Assembly: GCA_045159875.1 (NCBI GenBank)
Contig: CP067995.1
Coordinates: forward strand, 1,568,001-1,632,000
Length of the DNA: 64,000 nucleotides
DNA from: a cyanobacterium endosymbiont of Rhopalodia gibba
Lineage (GTDB): Bacteria > Cyanobacteriota > Cyanobacteriia > Cyanobacteriales > Microcystaceae
Direction: 5' to 3'
Part shown: in pieces, positions 59,734-64,000 of the stretch
Numbering within the stretch: the stretch's first letter is position 1
How the letters are laid out: each line of letters begins with the position of its first letter
Position numbers and translations under genes: made by a program
The notes under the pieces: model-generated
What the model was told of the DNA's origin: nothing
Seen by the model: the letters and a program-made list of their open reading frames with translations, nothing else
Database searches by the model: none

Positions 59734-61131
59734 TTAAATTGACTTAGAAAATGATTGTTCTTTACGTTTTTTAAGATAAATATCAAAGACAGAAGCAACA
59801 TTACGGATCAATAATCTTCCAGGAGGTGTGATTTCAATATGATCGCTAAATAATTTGATTAAGCCATCAGTCTCTAGAGCTCTTAAATCAATTAATTCAT
59901 GAGCAAAATATTTGTCAAAATCAAGATTAAACGGAAGATTATACCTTTCTTCTAAATGAAACTTATTAAGTTTAAATTGACACATAAGTTCCATAATAAC
60001 TGCCCGTCGGATGATATCGTCTCGGTGGAGACTAACACCTTTCTCCATAGGTAGTTTTCCAGAAATTAGAGCTTTATAATAGTTTTTCAATCCCTTATAG
60101 TTCTGGATATAAACATCATTTAACATGCTAATAGCAGTTACGCCAAATGCAAAGAGATCAGATTCTGGTTTGGTGGTATATCCTTGGAAGTTACGATGTA
60201 ATTTACCTTCTTGTTGGGCAATCGTTAATTCATCATTGGGTCTAGCAAAGTGATCCATCCCAATATATATGTAACCACTGTGGCTTAATTTTTCAATAGT
60301 CATTTGAAAAATAGCCAGTTTTTCTGCTGCTTTAGGTAGATCTGTTTCAGAGATATTTTTCTGCGCTGGTTTCAACCAAGGCATATAGGCAAAGTTAAAT
60401 AAGGCAATGCGATCAGGATTGAGTTCAATGGTCTTTTTAACAGTCTCTTTAAAAGTTTCTAAAGTTTGAAAAGGTAGCCCATAAATCAAGTCAACATTAG
60501 CTCCTTCAAACTCTGCTTCTCGAATCCAACCCATCACATTAAATAGCATAGACTCAGGTTGAATACGATTGATTGCTTCTTGGACTTTTGAATTAAAATC
60601 TTGAATACCAAAGCTAATCCGATTAAAACCTAATTTTTTTAAGAAGAATATATAGTTTCTATCAATATGTCGAGGGTTAACTTCAATAGAAACTTCTGCT
60701 TTTTTATCAATATTAAAATTCTTAATTAAGCTATTAAATAACTGCTCCAGTTGTGGTTGATTCAAATAATTAGGAGTTCCGCCTCCCCAATGGATTTGAT
60801 TGACTTGACGAGAGGGAGAGATTAAAGCAGCAGTTTGATGAATATCCTGAATTAAATAACCTAAATAAGTAGGAGTAACTCTTTTGTTTTTAGTAATGAT
60901 TGTATTGCAGCCACAAAAATAACAAGCAGTCTCACAAAAGGGAATATGACAGTAAAGAGAAATAGGTTTTTTTTGATGATTTCCTGCTACTATTCCTGCC
61001 CAGAAATCTATTTCTCTTACCTCTGTTTTTAATTCGGTGGCAGGGGGATAACTGGTATAACGAGGTATGGATTTATTATATTTATTAAGTAGATCGGCAT
61101 TAAATTGTACAGTTTGTGAGTTAATTTTCAT
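59734..61131 (-). CDS. hemN: Oxygen-independent coproporphyrinogen III oxidase
   Basis: PRYTSYPPA, HIPFCETACYFCGC, HWGGGTP, RNFQGY; start set to the ATG at 61131. Confidence 0.95.
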   Translation of the reverse strand: MKINSQTVQFNADLLNKYNKSIPRYTSYPPATELKTEVREIDFWAGIVAGNHQKKPISLYCHIPFCETACYFCGCNTIITKNKRVTPTYLGYLIQDIHQTAALISPSRQVNQIHWGGGTPNYLNQPQLEQLFNSLIKNFNIDKKAEVSIEVNPRHIDRNYIFFLKKLGFNRISFGIQDFNSKVQEAINRIQPESMLFNVMGWIREAEFEGANVDLIYGLPFQTLETFKETVKKTIELNPDRIALFNFAYMPWLKPAQKNISETDLPKAAEKLAIFQMTIEKLSHSGYIYIGMDHFARPNDELTIAQQEGKLHRNFQGYTTKPESDLFAFGVTAISMLNDVYIQNYKGLKNYYKALISGKLPMEKGVSLHRDDIIRRAVIMELMCQFKLNKFHLEERYNLPFNLDFDKYFAHELIDLRALETDGLIKLFSDHIEITPPGRLLIRNVASVFDIYLKKRKEQSFSKSI

Positions 61132-61229
61132 AGAGATCAACAATATTCTTAATAGTTTTTAAAATGTTTTTCTTTAAAAAAATATATTTTAGGAAATATA
61201 GCATTGATAAACAGCTGATAGTTTTTAAC

Positions 61230-61917
61230 TTTGACTATTAAGTGGTTAGTTTCGAGTGTCATAAACCGGCTGTTAAGATTTCTACATTATGTCCATGACT
61301 ATTATGATGTTCCGCATTACCCGTCTGTCTTGACGAGTGACCAACTCAAAAACGTGGTCGTTATTAGTAGCTTTTGCATTATCTTCTGATTCATAGACTA
61401 TATCAAAGTCAAGGGTAAAATATACATTAATTTTATCGGCATTCTTTTTAAAGAAACTTACTATTAATCACTAAAAAAAATAATATATTCTAATATTTTC
61501 TTCTAAAGTCTCACTTAGTTTCTGAGATGTGAATCTCATTAAATTTCTAGAATTGGGTTTCTTCAACTAAAGTTAATTATAAAGCTGAATAAATAATTTT
61601 TCCTAAACTTAACTTGCTGGAAAATTAACAAGTTCTTTGCACTGAATTTTCCCTATATAAGATACTAAGTAATTTTCTAAAAACTGTTGGTAGTTCAGTC
61701 CAAAAAAATTAATCTGACCAACTACTAGACAATTATGACGACTTTGCAATTCTTCTTTTAACATACTGTTATAGATAATAAAAACCAACTAATACTTTTC
61801 TAAAGCTTTTCTTTCTAAGAATTTTTTTAGAAAAACATTTGGTGAATACTGTATTGTAGCTATAGTGTGAGAATGGCTGTTTTTTTCGCGCAATCTTGTA
61901 GCTAAATCACTACTCAT
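61230..61917 (-). pseudogene. ho2: Heme oxygenase 2, degraded
   Basis: ATG at 61917 with an SD, reading MSSDLATRLREKNSHSHT. C-terminal remnant VYESEDNAKATNNDHVFELVTRQD; directly upstream of hemN. Confidence 0.78.
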
Positions 61918-62252
61918 AGTTCCTTCCTCATAGATGGAACAGGCTTTCCTTACAAAGTAGACTTAATAATTAATTGTTTACTCACTCCATCACTGTACAA
62001 CTATATTTCGATATAAAGGATGATTTTAGTAAAACTTAACAAGTTTTTTGGGAAAACTCAACAACTCAAGTAAGAAGCCCAAAAAAGAGAAAAAACTAAT
62101 CTTCCTCTTTTTTAGGCATACTGTGAATATACCTGATTGTTTAACGAGTTAGACTAGAGTCTTGAAAACTTTATTTAAGTAATCTGGTTTCCTCTAAAGT
62201 TGAATAACATAGAAAAAATACTTAAAGATTAAGATTAAATGAGGATCGGCAA

Positions 62253-62765
62253 ATGATTGAAATGAACGTTGCTGGAATCGCCTTAGATGCCGTTACCCGA
62301 AGTCCCATTGTATTACTACAAGATGGCTCTGAACGTCGTGCTCTTCCCATTTTTATTGGACAAGATCAGGCAAAATCCATTATTGGAGCTTTGGAAAACC
62401 AGACTCCTCTTCGTCCTTTAACCCATGATTTAATTGTCAATCTATTTCAAGCGTGGGGAATGGAGTTAGACCGTATTATTATCCATTCTCTTCAAGATAA
62501 GACGTTTTATTCTGTGCTATGTTTACATCAAGGAGAAACTAAAAAAGAAATCGATTGTCGGCCTTCTGATGCTATTTCCATCGCCTTGCGCACAGGAAGT
62601 CCCATCTGGGTCATGGAAGAGGTGATTGCTAATGCGTCGATTCCTGTGAATCGGGATGCGGATGAGGAAGAACGCCGCGCCTTTCGTGAATTTGTGGAAA
62701 ATCTGTGTCCAGAAGATCTGATACAACGACGGGGAGAGGTTCCGGAGGATAATAATGAGCATTAG
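62253..62765 (+). CDS. Bifunctional nuclease family protein (DUF151)
   Basis: RRALPIFIG, RPLTHDL, IDCRPSDAISIALR. Confidence 0.92.
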   Translation: MIEMNVAGIALDAVTRSPIVLLQDGSERRALPIFIGQDQAKSIIGALENQTPLRPLTHDLIVNLFQAWGMELDRIIIHSLQDKTFYSVLCLHQGETKKEIDCRPSDAISIALRTGSPIWVMEEVIANASIPVNRDADEEERRAFREFVENLCPEDLIQRRGEVPEDNNEH

Positions 62766-62827
62766 CAATAGTAGACATGATTAGACATGATTTATTCTTG
62801 CCTTTTGCTTAGTACTAAGGTAGTGGT

Positions 62828-63952
62828 ATGCGCTATAGACGTTTCGGTAAAACAAATCTACTATTGTCCGTTTTTTCCCTAGGGACCATGCGCTGTTTGT
62901 CTTCTGAGGCTATATTTGGACAAACTGTCGAACAAGCGATCACCTTAGGAATCAATCATTTCGAAACAGCAAAAGGTTACGGAAACAGTGAACGTTACTT
63001 AGGACAGTTCCTCGCTCAGCAATCTTCAAGCTGCCGAGAGAAACTTTATATTACAACGAAGTTACCACCTACTCCTAACCCCGATCAAATGAGTCAGTGG
63101 CTCGATGAGTCTTTACAACGTCTTCAAGTAGATTATATCAACTGTTTAGCCATTCATGGAATTAACACATGGGACCATTTTCATTGGCTTACTCAGCCTA
63201 ATGGATGTTGGATAGCATTGCAAAAAGCATTAGACGACAGAAGAATTCATCATCTAGGATTTTCAACTCACGGCAATTTAGACTTAATTTTAGCAACAAT
63301 AAAAACGAATTTATTTGAATTTGTCAATCTTCATTATTATTATTTTTTCCAACGCAATGCGCCCGCAATCGTCCTCGCATCCCAAAAAGATCTGGGAATA
63401 TTTATCATTTCTCCTGGAGATAAAGGAGGTGGTCTTTATACTCCACCAGACCGCCTACAAAGTTTGTGTAAGCCGTTTTCTCCGTTAGAATTAACCTATC
63501 GGTTTTTGTTGAGCGATGAACGTATAACCACTTTAAGTGTAGGAGCAGCAAATCCCGGAGAATTAGCTTGTCCTTTAGAGTTAGATGTGGGGCCTCTTAC
63601 CTTAAGCGAAATAGAGCTCTTCCAACGTTTAGAAACTCATACAGAAACAACTTTAGGAAGTGATCATTGTCGTCAATGTTATCAATGTCTTCCCTGTCCT
63701 GAAACCATAAACATTCCTGAAGTACTACGATTACGTAATCTCGCCATTGCCTATGACATGACTAATTTTGCCCAATATCGTTATAGGATGTTTGAGAATG
63801 CTGCTCATTGGTTTCAAGGAAATAAAGGCAGCCATTGTACTGAATGTGGTGATTGTCTTCCCCGTTGTCCTGAAAAATTAAATATTCCTAAATTATTGCA
63901 AGATACCCATCAACAACTGAATGGTTCACCTAGTCGGCGTCTGTGGGAGTGA
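62828..63952 (+). CDS. Aldo/keto reductase with C-terminal 4Fe-4S dicluster
   Basis: MRYRRFGKT, HFETAKGYG, CRQCYQCLPCP, CTECGDCLPRCP. Confidence 0.92.
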   Translation: MRYRRFGKTNLLLSVFSLGTMRCLSSEAIFGQTVEQAITLGINHFETAKGYGNSERYLGQFLAQQSSSCREKLYITTKLPPTPNPDQMSQWLDESLQRLQVDYINCLAIHGINTWDHFHWLTQPNGCWIALQKALDDRRIHHLGFSTHGNLDLILATIKTNLFEFVNLHYYYFFQRNAPAIVLASQKDLGIFIISPGDKGGGLYTPPDRLQSLCKPFSPLELTYRFLLSDERITTLSVGAANPGELACPLELDVGPLTLSEIELFQRLETHTETTLGSDHCRQCYQCLPCPETINIPEVLRLRNLAIAYDMTNFAQYRYRMFENAAHWFQGNKGSHCTECGDCLPRCPEKLNIPKLLQDTHQQLNGSPSRRLWE

Positions 63953-64000
63953 TTTCTTTTCGATTATTGTTGTTATTGTTTCACTTATTATTTAATGTGG

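Noticed and set aside
4771..62768. Short ORFs overlapping mfd, khpA, ndhD1, the ECF ATPase, ndhF1, the amidohydrolase, secA, mrnC, sepF-like, sulP and DUF151
   Set aside because: Alternative-frame or antisense shadows of well-supported genes, with no motifs.

Overview
This window reads as part of a strongly eroded unicellular-cyanobacterial genome; the proteins look Cyanothece/Crocosphaera-like. About 26 intact CDSs cover only ~43% of the 64 kb (summed by hand), separated by AT-rich spacers full of recognisable pseudogenes. That pattern best fits a non-photosynthetic N2-fixing endosymbiont such as the spheroid body (diazoplast) of rhopalodiacean diatoms; this assignment is an inference, since no nif or rRNA genes are in the window. 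Intact: rnpB, mfd, rpsP-khpA, ndhD1, ndhF1, a three-gene ECF transporter, a Rieske oxygenase, arsS, hspA, secA, nadA, an STAS protein plus mini-RNase III, a SepF-like protein, SulP, hemN, a DUF151 nuclease and an aldo/keto reductase. Decayed, recognised by hand translation across stops and frameshifts: corA, glcE-glcF, a B12-binding radical SAM, desB, an ArsM-like methyltransferase, a pentapeptide protein, a ycf46-like ATPase, a Wza-like exporter, a DAHP synthase, ho2, and IS630 and ISL3 transposases. The most striking unexplained structure is a set of about 15 long (15-26 bp arm), perfect or near-perfect, mutually unrelated palindromes confined to the decaying spacers. Family calls come from recalled motifs, not database searches, and pseudogene boundaries are approximate.
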